Below, piece after piece: positions 49,885-61,017 of a stretch of DNA of 64,000 nucleotides; position 1 is the stretch's first letter, and the number at the start of each line of letters is the position of its first letter. Source of the DNA: an uncultured delta proteobacterium (lineage in GTDB: Bacteria > Desulfobacterota > WTBG01 > CAIYCZ01 > CAIRTM01). The stretch is from NCBI GenBank assembly GCA_963804955.1, contig CAWDSQ010000013.1, positions 64,001 to 128,000 of the forward strand. The letters are read 5' to 3'. The notes beneath the pieces are model-generated. The model did no database searches. It was not told the origin of the DNA and saw only the letters and a program-made list of their open reading frames with translations. The translations under genes and the position numbers were made by a program.

Positions 49885-50521
49885 CACGGTAAAAAATTCA
49901 AGCTATGATCTTATAAATGTGACAACGCCGTTTGAGCGGCTGGTGCACCTTGCTTTTGCCGGCAGCTGCATCATTTTGTTCATCTCCGGCTTTGGCCTGA
50001 TGTTTCATTCGCTGAGCTTTCTAGCAACTATGTTCGGCGGCCATTTTGTCACGAAATACGTGCATAATATTTCAGGGATTGTCTTTGCCATAAGCGGCCT
50101 TTTCGCCGTGGTCATTTGGTTCAAAGACGGCGCAATCTTTGACGCTGACGACATCAAGTGGTTTATGAAAGGCGGCGGCTATCTCTGGACCAAAGAAGGC
50201 ATCCCCCCGCAGGGAAGGTTTAATGCGGGCCAGAAAATGTATTTTGTGCTGAAGGCCGCAACCTGGGTGCTGATGTCGGTCACCGGCATCATTATGTGGT
50301 TTCCGTATTTCTTCGGCAGAGAGCTGACAATTTTCACCTATCCGCTGCATATCCTTGGCGTGGCATCCCTTGCAGGCGCTGTTGTTATTCATGGCTTTCT
50401 CGGCTCGCTGGGCAACCCCGGCACCATTCAGGCCATGATAACAGGCAAATGCACCAGGGCCTGGGCAAAGCTGCAGCATGGCAAATGGCTCAAGGAATAC
50501 GACGAGAAACATGCCAGGTAA
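49877..50521 (+). CDS. fdnI: Formate dehydrogenase cytochrome b (gamma) subunit
   Basis: ERLVH, YVH, GRFNAGQK, LH..IH, AMITG, WAKLQH. Confidence 0.92.
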   Translation: MSSTVKNSSYDLINVTTPFERLVHLAFAGSCIILFISGFGLMFHSLSFLATMFGGHFVTKYVHNISGIVFAISGLFAVVIWFKDGAIFDADDIKWFMKGGGYLWTKEGIPPQGRFNAGQKMYFVLKAATWVLMSVTGIIMWFPYFFGRELTIFTYPLHILGVASLAGAVVIHGFLGSLGNPGTIQAMITGKCTRAWAKLQHGKWLKEYDEKHAR

Positions 50522-50540
50522 TCAGTTTTCATAGCCAAAC

Positions 50541-50575
50541 AAAAAAGGCTGCCGTAATCCGGCAGCCTTTTTTTT
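50541..50575 (+). terminator. Intrinsic terminator of the fdh operon
   Basis: AAAAAAGGCTGCCG-TAATC-CGGCAGCCTTTTTTTT. Confidence 0.85.
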
Positions 50576-50627
50576 AAACTCGACTTTTTTTGATCACCAT
50601 TTAGGCTGTACTGTGCAACATAATTTT

Positions 50628-50860
50628 AATGCCCTCGTAAAAAGTCCCGGTACGGGCCATTGCGAGAAGCCCTTCGGCACAGCTCAGGATAAACTCCGCG
50701 ACGTGGCAATCTTGATTTTCGTAGGGGCTCAAAATTTTGAGCCCCTACTACAAGGGCAAAGATTGTTTCACTTCGTTTGCAATGACAGCGCATGGTTCAT
50801 AATAAAGCTTTATGCCATTGCGCATACTCTAACAAAATGTCATTGCGAGGCCGCAGGCCG
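50628..50860. repeat. Mosaic of palindromic repeat families including a perfect 28-bp GTAG-type REP palindrome (50721-50748)
   Basis: CTCGTAAAAAGTCC; CATTGCGAG..GTGGCAATCT..GCAATGAC; CCTTCGGCACAGCTCAGG; GTAGGGGCTCAAAATTTTGAGCCCCTAC. Confidence 0.7.
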
Positions 50861-50945
50861 GCATTAGGTATAGAGATATTTTATTTGATTATATTTTCTC
50901 ATAAATGTTATTTTAATAAAAATTTCAAAAATAAGAACTCTACGA

Positions 50946-53900
50946 ATGACGCACAAGTCTAAACTTCTTAAACTGTTTTTTACTGCAGCCTTCCTGATGC
51001 AGGTCTCATCTGCCGTGACCTGCACGCATGCACAGGGCAGCACCAAACCACTGCGAGTGCTGCTCATCAACTCCTACCATTACGGCTACAGCTGGTCTGA
51101 TGACGAGCTGCTGGGGATCAAAGAAACTTTAAATGCCGCTCAGCTCAATATCGATATTTTTACAGAATATCTTGATTGCAAGCACTTTCCTGAACCTGAG
51201 CACCTTGAATTTATGCGCACTGCCCTGGCGCATAAATTCAAGAACAGTGCCCCGTCCATCATCATAGTCGCTGATGACCCTGCCCTTGATTTCATGGTAA
51301 AATTCAGAGACAGACTCTTCGGGCCGGTGCCTGTCGTCTTCTGCGGCATAAACAACTACTCACCGGAAATGACCGCAGCGCTCTCAAACTGCACAGGTGT
51401 TGCAGAACTCCTTGACATGCGCCGCACCATTGAAGCAATGCTGCGGCTGCACCCAAAAACACGCAAAATTTTCATAGTCTGCGATTACACGATAACAGGC
51501 CTTGCTACAAAAAAAAGCACCGAAGCTGCACTGAAAGAACTCCCCGTCCGGCATTGAGTATATGTTTGCTCAAAATACCGGCATTGATGAAATTCTCAAG
51601 CAGATCACTATGCTGCAGCCGGACTCGCTGGTTCTATCTCTTTCATACAGCCGGGACAGCAACGGCAGGGTATTCGACCATACTGAAATCGCCTCAATTC
51701 TCAGCAGGACCTCGCCCGTGCCCGTCTATGCCGTGCATCAGGAACGCCTCGGTAACGGAATTATCGGCGGCTGGCTCCTGGGGGGTAAAACCCATGGGGA
51801 GCAAACCGCGCACATCGCGCTGCGCATTCTGCAGGGCGCACAGCCAGGCGGCATACCCGTGGATATGAAGCCGGCATCCCGGCCCATGTTCGATTATGCG
51901 CAGATGCTTCGTTTCGGCATTTCCTCTGCTGATATACCCGAGGGCAGCATCGTCATCAACCGGCCCGAGTCATTCTATGAAAAATACGGTCGCATTTTCT
52001 GGATGGTCATCTGCATTATCAGTCTTCTGACTGCGGCAATCATTTTGCTGAGCATCAACAATATGCGCCGCAGACGCGCTGAAGAGGAGCTCCGCCTGAG
52101 CAGAGAGCAGTTCGCTCTTGCCATAGAAGCCACAAACGACGGCTTGTTCGACTGGGACATGATCACAGGTCAGGCCTATTTCAGCCCGCGCTACTATACC
52201 ATGCTCGGCTACGACTCCGGCGAACTGCCTGCAAGTTATGAAACCTGGCAGCAGCTGCTGCATCCTGACGATCTGGCCCATGCTGAAAAAATTATCAAAC
52301 AGTATTTTGACAACACGATTCAGAGCCATGACATTGAATTCCGCATGCGGACCAAATCGGGGAACTGGCGCTGGATTCGCAGCCGTGGCAGGGCTGTCGA
52401 GCTTGACAGCAAAGGTAAAACCCTGCGCATGGTGGGCACGCATACCGACATCACTGAAAACAAACATGCCGAGGAATCCTTGCGCGAAAGCGAGCGAAAG
52501 TACCGCGAGCTGATTGAAAATGCAAACAGCAGCATCATGCGATGGAAGCCGGACGGCACGATCACCTTTTTTAATGATTTTGCGCAGCGTTTTTTCGGCT
52601 ACGGTGAAGATGCCATCATCGGACGGAATTTACTCAACACCATCGTTCCCGAACTTGAGTCGACCGGCCGCGATTTAACCGAAATGATCCGTGCCATTGG
52701 CGAGCACCCCGAAAATTTTATCAGCAGCCTTAATGAAAACATATGCCGCGATGGCAGGCGGGTCTGGATATCCTGGGCCAACAGGCCGGTATTTGACGCT
52801 GCCGGACATCTGGAGGAAATATTGTCTATCGGAAGCGACGTGACCGAACGAAGGCTTGCCGAAGAGCTTCGCTTGCAGCTGTATGCCGCCATCGAGCAGG
52901 CTGCTGAAAGCATCTCAATCATAGACAAGCAGAGCTGCTATGTGTACGTCAATCCTGCCTTAGAGCGCATGAGTGGCTATTCACGCAATGAGCTCATCGG
53001 GCAGCACACGAAAATGATGTTTACCGACGAATATATGGAAAAGTATCTCCGTGAAAGCATCCAACCTCTGGTGCGGGGTGAAGCCTGGGAGGGAACTATT
53101 ATTAAAAAAAGGCATGACGGCACACTGTATGAAGTTGAAGCCCATATCTCCCCCGTGCGCAATGATGCCGGCCAGATCATCAGCTTCGTGACTGTCGAAT
53201 CCGACGTTACCCGCGAGCGGGACCTGGAGCGCCAGCTGCAGCAGGCGCAAAAAATGGAAGCCATAGGAACGCTGGCGGGCGGCATCGCTCACGATTTTAA
53301 TAATATTCTGGGCATTATCATTGGCTATACCGAGCTTGCCCTGACCAAGATCCAGCCGGGCAACCCTGTTGCAGGAGACCTTGATCAGGTTCTTCTGGCC
53401 GCCGACCGGGCGCGCAACCTTGTACGTCAAATACTCGCTTTCAGCCGCAAAACAGACAATAAGCGCCACATTATGGATCCTGTGCCGATCCTGAATGAAA
53501 CACTGAAACTGCTGCGCGCAACCATTCCAACTACCATCAACATACAGCAGGACCTGGCTGCAGACTGCGGCCATATTTTAGCCGACCCCACTGAGCTCCA
53601 CCAGGTGATCATGAACCTGTGCACAAATGCCGCCCATGCCATGGAAACCACAGGCGGCACCCTCATGGTGCGCATAGCAGCATGCAGCCTCTGCGGTGAA
53701 AGCGCTGAACAGTTCCCGGGACTTCTTCCCGGGAGCTATGTGCGCATACTGGTTTCCGACACAGGCACCGGCATAGCCCCCGACATTATTGAACGCATCT
53801 TCGACCCGTTCTTCACCACAAAGGAAGTAGGCAAAGGTACGGGCATGGGCCTTGCTGTGGTGCATGGCATTATAAAAAGCCTTGGGGGAGGAATCAGGGT

Positions 53901-54375
53901 GGCAAGCACCACTGGCTCAGGGACAACCTTTGAAATACTCATTCCTGAAACAAGCAAAGCCGCCAGCTCAAACCAGCAGGCTATCAAACTTCCGACGTCC
54001 GGCACCGGGCGTATACTGTTTGTCGATGATGAAAAGATTCTTGCGGAAATGGGGCAGCGCATGCTTGTGTCCCTGGGCTATGACGCAGTTGCCGTTGAGG
54101 ACAGCCGTGAGGCTTTCGCCATGTTCAAAAGCGCCCCATACTCTTTTGATCTCATCATTACGGACCAGACCATGCCGCATCTGACCGGCTATGAGCTTGC
54201 CCGGCAGGTGCTTGCACTCAGGCCTGATATGCCCATCATCCTGAGCACAGGCTACAGCGAAACAGTAACAGAAAATACGGCGGCAGCGGCAGGCATATGT
54301 GCGCTCCTGATGAAACCATTGAGGAGACATGAACTTTCCGAAACCATCCATCGCATATTGAATAGCCAGGCATGA
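50946..54375 (+). CDS. Hybrid sensor histidine kinase (periplasmic substrate-binding-like domain, TM, three PAS, HisKA, HATPase, REC); indel near 51543
   Basis: INSYHYGYSWSD, VVFCGIN; MEAIGTLAGGIAHDFNN; FDPFFTTK..GTGMGL; TDQTMP. Confidence 0.93.
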
Positions 54376-54393
54376 ATAAAAATTCAAAGCTGT

Positions 54394-55250
54394 TCATAGC
54401 GCCACATCTTTAATCGCATCCTCAATCCGTTCAAACCGAAACGAAAAACCGGCATCAAGAAGGCGTTTGGGCAAAACGCTCTGGCCATCGAGCAGTACCG
54501 TTGCCCCTTCTCCGAAAAGCAGCTTCAGTGCGAAAGCAGGCACAGGCAGTATAGCCGGCCGCCTGAGCGCGCGGGCAAGAGCTGTGGTCAGGCCCCTGTT
54601 GGTTGTCGGATAGGGCGAGTAAGGTTGTAAGACCCGCGAAAGCTGTCGTCCTGCAGCGCCCTGCAGTGAGCCTGTGCAAGATCAGCCGCATGCACCCATG
54701 AAAACGCCTGCCCGCCGCTGCCGATTACACCACCCAGACCCATCCTGAAAACCGGCAGCATTTTAGCAAGCGCGCCCCCGCCACGGCCCAGCACCACGCC
54801 GAACCTGAAAACTACTGTGCGCACACCGCAAGCTTCGGCCTTCAATGCCGCCAGCTCCCAGCTTTGTGCAAGATGGCCGAGAAAGCCATCAGCCCTCACC
54901 GTATCGTTCTCTGTCCAGGGACCTCCGGCAGGATACATGCCGACGCCACAGGCGGATATGAACACTTTGGGTCTGCGCTCAAGACTGCTCATGCTCCGCA
55001 CGATCATGTCCGTGACAGGTACCCGGCTGTTATACAGTTCTGTTTTATATGCTTCCGTCCACCGCGCGGCAATCGGCGCTCCTGCAAGGTTTATAACTGC
55101 GTCAGCCTGCGAAAGCTTGTCGCGCAGAGCAATGCCCTCCCGGGCGAAATCCTGGCGTGTCAAAGGAACTGTTTCCCAGCCTTGTTCCGCGAAAGTCTGC
55201 TGTAAATAAGAACCAATAAATCCCGTAGAACCACTCATGGCGATACGCAT
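54394..55250 (-). CDS. TIGR01777-type NAD-dependent epimerase family protein (indels in the 3' third)
   Basis: SGSTGFIG, VINLAGAPIAARW, RFGVVLG, GSGGQAFSWVH; shifted tail AGFSFRF. Confidence 0.9.
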
Positions 55251-55361
55251 AAACAGCCTCCTTCTACGTGAAGTATCGACAGAACCATTACTTGACTTGA
55301 ACTTGGATATATGAAAAATTAAGTCATTAATCAATATCGAGTACACTGGAAAAAATATCAC

Positions 55362-56372
55362 TTGAAACTGCATAACAAAATTCTTCTTGAACACGATGGC
55401 GGGGCCTGTTACGGACGAGCTGATCAAAAAGAAATTTCTAACGCGGCCGGGCAATTCTCAACAAGGGCAACTCCCGGCAGCGCACTTGGTACTGTTGGCG
55501 ATCAAAGGCTCTGTTTCACTACCGATTGCTATGTGGTAAGCCCTCTCATCTTTCCGGGAGGCGATATCGGATCCCTTGCTGTTCACGGAACGGTCAATGA
55601 CCTTGCGGTCTGCGGCGCCAGGCCTCTGTTCTTAAGCGCCGGCTTCATCATTGAGGAGGGCTTTGCAAGGTCACAGCTTGAACAGATCGTTGACTCTATG
55701 GCCGCAGCTGCTGCCGGGGCCGGGGTGCAGGTCGTCACGGGCGATACCAAGGTTGTGCCGCGCGGCGCTGCAGACGGGCTGTATATAACCACAGCAGGCA
55801 TCGGCGAGTACAGCTACAGTTCAGCACTGTCTCCCGCAAGCATCCGTCCCGGCGATGCTGTTATCGTAAACGGCCCTGTGGGCGATCATGGCGCAGCCAT
55901 ACTGTGCGCCCGTCAGGATATGGGGTTTTCCTCAAAGCTGATTTCCGATTCCGCGCCCCTGGGCAGCCTTGCGCATGATATTTTGCAGGCAAGCCCGCAC
56001 ATCCACTGCATGCGTGATGCAACACGGGGGGGGATTGGTGCTGTGCTTGCTGAAATAGCACAGCAGTCGGGCCGCGACATAGCCGTGAAGGAGTGCAGCA
56101 TACCGCTGAGGGAAAGCGTACGGGGGGTCTGCGAAATGCTGGGGCTTGACCCGCTGTACCTCGCAAATGAAGGCAAACTGGTTGTCTTCTGCGGAGCCGG
56201 CGATGCCCCCGCAGTGCTTGCCGCCATGCAGGCCCATGAGCACGGCCGTGATGCGGCTCGTATCGGCACTGTTCAGGAATCCGGCCGCGGGCGGGTCGTG
56301 CTCACTACCCTGATCGGCGGGCAGCGGGTTATTGATCGCCCTGCAGGAGAGCTGGTGCCGAGAATCTGCTGA
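55362..56372 (+). CDS. hypE: Hydrogenase maturation carbamoyl dehydratase, N-terminus degenerate
   Basis: FTTD..FPGGDIGSLAVHGTVND, TGDTKVV, MRDATRGG, ANEG, C-terminal PRIC. Confidence 0.9.
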   Translation: MKLHNKILLEHDGGACYGRADQKEISNAAGQFSTRATPGSALGTVGDQRLCFTTDCYVVSPLIFPGGDIGSLAVHGTVNDLAVCGARPLFLSAGFIIEEGFARSQLEQIVDSMAAAAAGAGVQVVTGDTKVVPRGAADGLYITTAGIGEYSYSSALSPASIRPGDAVIVNGPVGDHGAAILCARQDMGFSSKLISDSAPLGSLAHDILQASPHIHCMRDATRGGIGAVLAEIAQQSGRDIAVKECSIPLRESVRGVCEMLGLDPLYLANEGKLVVFCGAGDAPAVLAAMQAHEHGRDAARIGTVQESGRGRVVLTTLIGGQRVIDRPAGELVPRIC

Positions 56373-56439
56373 AAGCAGCCGTTCTTACAGGCCCATACCC
56401 GTACGCAGGCAGACCCTGAGGTCGCTTCTGATGCAGCCG

Positions 56440-57054
56440 CTACGCAACAGATGCAAGCTTTTTGCCCATAGCAAAAACATCCTGAAGCACGGAGAGCTTT
56501 TTAACAATATCGCCCCGGCTGCGCACATCAGTTACCTGCAGCCTGCCGACGATGTCCATCATATAGGTTTTGGCCACATTGTGCTCGAATATATCAAGGG
56601 CCAGCTTTCCAACGGCAGGCTCTTTCAAATCCTGTACAAGGGCAATGACTGCTTTTTTGCCTTTGGCAGGGTTATTGAGAAAACGGAAGGCCCCGGGTGT
56701 GCCCGGCTCGCCGTCACCTGCTTCTACATGCCAGAACGGCAGCAGCCGCTCAAAAAAGCGCGCCATAATGGCGCTGTAGCATGAGCAATACAGGGGCGAG
56801 GCGAAAATAAACAGATCGCCTGATGCGATTTCATCCATGAGCATGTCCATATCATCACGAAACACCGCGCACCGGCAGCCGGGCTGGAACATGCAGTTGG
56901 TATAGCAGCCGCGGCATTGATTGATGGCAAGATCGGCAAGAAAAAATTTTTTCGTCTCTGCCTGCGATGCTGCAGCCCCTTCAAGAAACCGGTCGACCAG
57001 AATATCGGAATTGCCCTGCTTGCGCGGGCTCCCGACAAATCCGCATACTTTCAT
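56440..57054 (-). CDS. Flavodoxin-fold iron-sulfur flavoprotein family
   Basis: GSPRKQGNS, CRGC..C..C, DDM, FASPLY, FFER. Confidence 0.88.
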   Translation of the reverse strand: MKVCGFVGSPRKQGNSDILVDRFLEGAAASQAETKKFFLADLAINQCRGCYTNCMFQPGCRCAVFRDDMDMLMDEIASGDLFIFASPLYCSCYSAIMARFFERLLPFWHVEAGDGEPGTPGAFRFLNNPAKGKKAVIALVQDLKEPAVGKLALDIFEHNVAKTYMMDIVGRLQVTDVRSRGDIVKKLSVLQDVFAMGKKLASVA

Positions 57055-57394
57055 ACGCCACTCCCTGTGTTAAAATGGAACTGACAAAGCTCAACTGTGA
57101 CTGGCGTTTTAACGCACGAATCATGGAAGGGAGTCCGTTAGTACTCGCATCAATCTTAATTAGTGAACTCCCGGTTCCATCCTGTGCAGCGGGCACTAAG
57201 CGTCGCAAGGGCAATGCGACAAAGTGTACAAACTGTGCCGTATAACGGTTTAGTTCAAAAAACTGGTTTTATGAGCACGTAGCCCGACGCAAGCGGCGTG
57301 CCACTGAGCAGGCTGTCACCAGCTTAAAAAGTCAGTAACGTTGAGTAATAAGATGTTTAAGCGTATTAAAATCCATGTGCCGCTGTCAATCACC

Positions 57395-57429
57395 AAAAAA
57401 GCCCGCCCCTCTTTAGAGGGCGGGCTCTT
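57395..57429 (-). terminator. Intrinsic terminator of the ECF operon
   Basis: AAAAAA-GCCCGCCCCTCT-TT-AGAGGGCGGGC stem; the T-run is on the minus strand. Confidence 0.75.
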
Positions 57430-57469
57430 GCCGCATCAACTTTTCCCGGCATGCTCTCATCAGCCGGTA

Positions 57470-58003
57470 TTACCAGCCGCCGGGTCCCTGCCCTCTGCCA
57501 CGTCCGTCGCCTGGGCCTCTGCCCCCGCCAGGCCCAAAACCGCAACCCTGGCCGCCGCCGGGCCCAATGCCCATATTGCAACCGGGAGGAAGCTGGGCAA
57601 TCTGCTCGGGCGTCAGAATCTTGCGGGATTCAAGCTGCGCCTGCAGCCGTTTCTGGGCAAACTGGGCCCGCAGACTTGAAATTTCATCCTGAATCTTTTT
57701 TGCCTTTTCACCGTCAATGGCGGTCTCAAGCATCACGGCATCCATTTCCTGCTCTTTCTTGAAAATATCCGACCGAAGACCGGTCGTATCCTTAAAAAAA
57801 GCATTGCGCAGGGCCTGGATTTTAGCCGACTGCTCCTGGGTAAGATCAAGATTCAGAGGACAGCCCGGATACAGTCCGTTTTCATCAGGCCCGCCCCGCC
57901 TGCCTTTGCCCTGCCCCGGCTGGGCCTGTGCCGCTTCAAAAGCAGGCAGGGCAGCCAGCAAAAGGGCCATACACATAATCGCTACTGTTGTTCGTTTCAC
58001 CAT
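57470..58003 (-). CDS. Spy/CpxP/ZraP-family periplasmic protein
   Basis: Signal peptide; LDLTQEQ and ILTPEQ (LTxxQ) motifs; Gly-rich tail. Confidence 0.88.
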   Translation of the reverse strand: MVKRTTVAIMCMALLLAALPAFEAAQAQPGQGKGRRGGPDENGLYPGCPLNLDLTQEQSAKIQALRNAFFKDTTGLRSDIFKKEQEMDAVMLETAIDGEKAKKIQDEISSLRAQFAQKRLQAQLESRKILTPEQIAQLPPGCNMGIGPGGGQGCGFGPGGGRGPGDGRGRGQGPGGW

Positions 58004-58079
58004 AATTTTTTCCTTTCCTCGGTAGGGTTTGTTTGTCGCCTTCATTAACTGAAACACCCCCTGTCATAAAAACCTGCGC

Positions 58080-58586
58080 TCAGGGGCGTGAAAAATCTTT
58101 CGACCGATGGCGGCCGCGGCCCTCCCGGCCCGATCCCATGCCAGGGCCATCGCCCCTGCGGCAGAAAAAACCGCGCTCCAGGTCGGCAAGAAAGGCCTGA
58201 CGCTTTTCCGGTGGCAGCGACTGCACATCCTGGAGCATTTGCTCGACAACCATTTTCTCCATATCAGCCTGCATGGCGTTTATGACGGTAATCTGCTCGC
58301 CGATCCGCCGGCGATCCGGTGCGGGGGCTGCCAGCAGCTGCAGAAGCTCAGAGCGGGCATCGTTTATCTTCAGCCGCCCGGCCCTCATCTTGTCCTTCAT
58401 GCGGTCATGAGCGGCAAGGTTCTCCGGCGGCAGGGCGTTCATGAAAGACGGCCTGCCATGGGGCGGCCCGCCGAAAAACTGATCAAGGGGCCTGCCCCAC
58501 AGAAAGCGGTAGGCAATGGCCCCTGCGATCATGCAGTTGAACCCGAGAGATATGATTATTAATGCTTTCCACCATGACGAACTCAT
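58080..58586 (-). CDS. Membrane-anchored periplasmic heavy-metal-sensor-like protein
   Basis: IISLGFN TM segment; helical body; LPPEKRQAF. Confidence 0.75.
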   Translation of the reverse strand: MSSSWWKALIIISLGFNCMIAGAIAYRFLWGRPLDQFFGGPPHGRPSFMNALPPENLAAHDRMKDKMRAGRLKINDARSELLQLLAAPAPDRRRIGEQITVINAMQADMEKMVVEQMLQDVQSLPPEKRQAFLADLERGFFCRRGDGPGMGSGREGRGRHRSKDFSRP

Positions 58587-59059
58587 AAGGCTTTCTCCTG
58601 GCTGTTTTGACCCGCGCTTTGCAGGTACATATCGAAAAAAGAGGCCGGGGGCGCATCCGACAGGATCTCGGCATAGGCCGAGTCGTCATCAGCCTGCGCC
58701 TGGCCGTTATCAGGGTAATACGCAGATGATAGCAGCGCTCCTGAAATAAACCCCGCAAGCATGATTGCGGCAGCAGCGCCGGCAAAAGACGGTTTGAATG
58801 CTGCAAGCCAGGCCCTGAGGGTTCCGCAGCGCTTCCGCTCATAGTCGTCAATGCGTTGCAGCACCTCCGGCGCCATGCTTGCGGCTGCATCAGGAGCAGG
58901 CAGCCTGTCAAGGGCAGCCCATATTTTTCGAAGGTCTGCCAATTCCTCCCGGCAGGCGGCGCATGCCCGCACATGGTCATCAATGTGGCTGGCATCCGCA
59001 ACCGAAAGCAGCCCCTGTACATACTGCGGTAGTTTTATGTATATGCTCCTGCATCCCAT
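58583..59059 (-). CDS. Zinc-finger (zf-HC2) transmembrane anti-sigma factor
   Basis: MGC..HVRACAAC (HxxxCxxC) plus a TM helix, directly after the ECF sigma gene. Confidence 0.9.
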   Translation of the reverse strand: MGCRSIYIKLPQYVQGLLSVADASHIDDHVRACAACREELADLRKIWAALDRLPAPDAAASMAPEVLQRIDDYERKRCGTLRAWLAAFKPSFAGAAAAIMLAGFISGALLSSAYYPDNGQAQADDDSAYAEILSDAPPASFFDMYLQSAGQNSQEKAL

Positions 59060-59070
59060 AGCATTCCCCT

Positions 59071-59652
59071 TTATACACTGTCGGAAAGTTGCTTTTTCAA
59101 TGTTTCAAGCCCCCTGTGCACCAATGCCTCGAGGGCAGACACCGAGCAGTCCAGCGCAGTGGCAGCGTCCCGGTAGCTCAGTTCCTCGAACCGCAGAAGC
59201 AGTATGGCCATACGCTGCCGCTCGGGAAGGCTGTCTACGGCGCTCCTGACCTGCGCGGCCTGCTCTTTTTTTTCAAGACCGGCAAGCTGGCTATCCCTGC
59301 CGCAATCATCAGCCAGCGCATGCCCGGCTTCATCAATTGGCTGATTGTGCTGCTGAAGGGGGTCCCGCCTGCTGTCGCGAATATAATTAAGGCAATGGTT
59401 TGCCGTTATGCGATACAGCCATGTTGTGAACTTCGCCTGCGGGCTGTAAGAGGCTGCTGAGGTATACACTTTAAAAAAAACATCCTGAACAAGCTCGCAG
59501 GCCGCGTCATCGCTGCCGGTAAAACGGAAGGCAAGACGCCGCACCCGGGCCTCATGCCTGCGCATAAGCTCACGCAAAGATCCCGTGTTCTTTCCGGCCA
59601 CGGCTTTCATAAGCTTTTCGTCCGTCTCTTCGTACAGCAATTCATTTCTCAT
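59071..59652 (-). CDS. ECF RNA polymerase sigma factor
   Basis: ELVQDVF, FTTWLYRITAN, LPERQR, LSYRDAA. Confidence 0.94.
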   Translation of the reverse strand: MRNELLYEETDEKLMKAVAGKNTGSLRELMRRHEARVRRLAFRFTGSDDAACELVQDVFFKVYTSAASYSPQAKFTTWLYRITANHCLNYIRDSRRDPLQQHNQPIDEAGHALADDCGRDSQLAGLEKKEQAAQVRSAVDSLPERQRMAILLLRFEELSYRDAATALDCSVSALEALVHRGLETLKKQLSDSV

Positions 59653-59821
59653 GCTGGGTATTTTTCAGTCTTCTCAACAGTTTAAACACTTCTTTTTTTA
59701 ATTTTATACTGGGGGCCTTCTCTTTTAATAAAAAAACCCGCTTCTGCCGAAAAGAATCCAGACGCCGGCCGAGAAGCTCCCTGAAGCCTTTATGGCGTAC
59801 TTGTTTCTTCCAGCAGTAAAA

Positions 59822-59936
59822 GTCAAAACACTACCCGCATAGCGGGGCTTGATTTCGGCCTGAAAGGGCGCAGGCAAAAACATGCAGTTTTTGTGTTGCA
59901 TTCTTCAGGAACCATCGCCATAGCCGAAGGTTTTCT
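59822..59936. mobile_element. Non-autonomous IS200/IS605-like mini-element (copy 2, without the MITE)
   Basis: GTCAAAACACTACCCGCATAGCGGGGCTTG..CCTGAAAGGGCG..AACCATCGCCATAGCCGAAGGTTTT, colinear with 14457-14716. Confidence 0.7.
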
Positions 59937-60170
59937 GAAGGCACTACAGTTGGTTATCTCCAAAGCTGGCACTGCCTGCAGAAGCGGAATTCATACACCA
60001 GCTGCATTCCCGCCTGCGCTGAAATGACCTGTTTTTTAAGCCTGTTACGTTTCAAACGGTCATCCACGCGAAAACGGGGATCAAAAAAAACAGGGTTGAA
60101 GTTCAGCTCTGGATATAACCGCATTATTTCAGTATGACACAATACCTTTAGCCGGAGAGGCAAAAATCCT

Positions 60171-60939
60171 TCATTCCTCAGGCGGCAGTTCGTCGTCATC
60201 ATCGCAGCAGGCGAAGCTTTGCGCCTGCAGAATCTGCCGCGCAATTTCACGCAGCGCAGGATGCAGGTCAAGAGACTGGGCTACAAACAGCACGTCCTGA
60301 GCCATTAAAAAATGAATGATTTTGAGCCCGATATCGGTTGGCGTATAGGGGTTAAACACAAGCGATTTTTTAACGCTGTAGCGGGCAAACCATTTTCTGC
60401 AGCTGAACACCTCGCGCTGTACGTCAGCGCTTGCCGGCCTGCGAGAGCACAGCTTCAGCACATCTGATTCCGTAAGGGTCGGGTTCTGCAGAAGCGTGCG
60501 AATGACCCGCGGATCGGTATCGGCAAGCATGCGCGCCAGCTCAGTGCGGTTGAGCGTCTTTGCCCGCGACACGCGAACGCCTGCCGGCAGATCTTCCTGC
60601 ATATGCGCTTCCTGATCTGAGGTCCTGCTGGCCTCAGGGCGCGAAAGCAGGCTTGCAAGCTCGTCAAAACCCTGCTCTCTGGCTGCGGTATACACATCGC
60701 TCATAAAGGGGTTGCCCATGCGCTGCGTGAGAAATGGTACGCTGAGCGCATCAAGGGCCAGGCAATACGGGCCCTTGCGCCTGGAAGCTCCGATAATGAT
60801 AAGCTGCAGTAGTTCCGCCGCCTGCGGAGCAGGAAGGCCCTGCACCTTTTCGGCAAGTATATGCGAGCGCATGGCAGCGTCCGGCACAGCGCACAGGGTA
60901 GCAATAATCTGTTTCAGCAGGGGAGTTTTCCTGAGCCAT
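60171..60939 (-). CDS. Conserved hypothetical helical-repeat protein (probable indel near the start)
   Basis: DTDPRVIRTLLQNPTLTESDV..WFARYSVKKSLVFNPYTP; no function assignable. Confidence 0.65.
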
Positions 60940-61017
60940 CTGCAGAGGCCGATCTTTAAATGGAGCAGTAAAAATATAATTTTACAACAATACCTGTGGG
61001 TATTTCTACTAGTCTAT

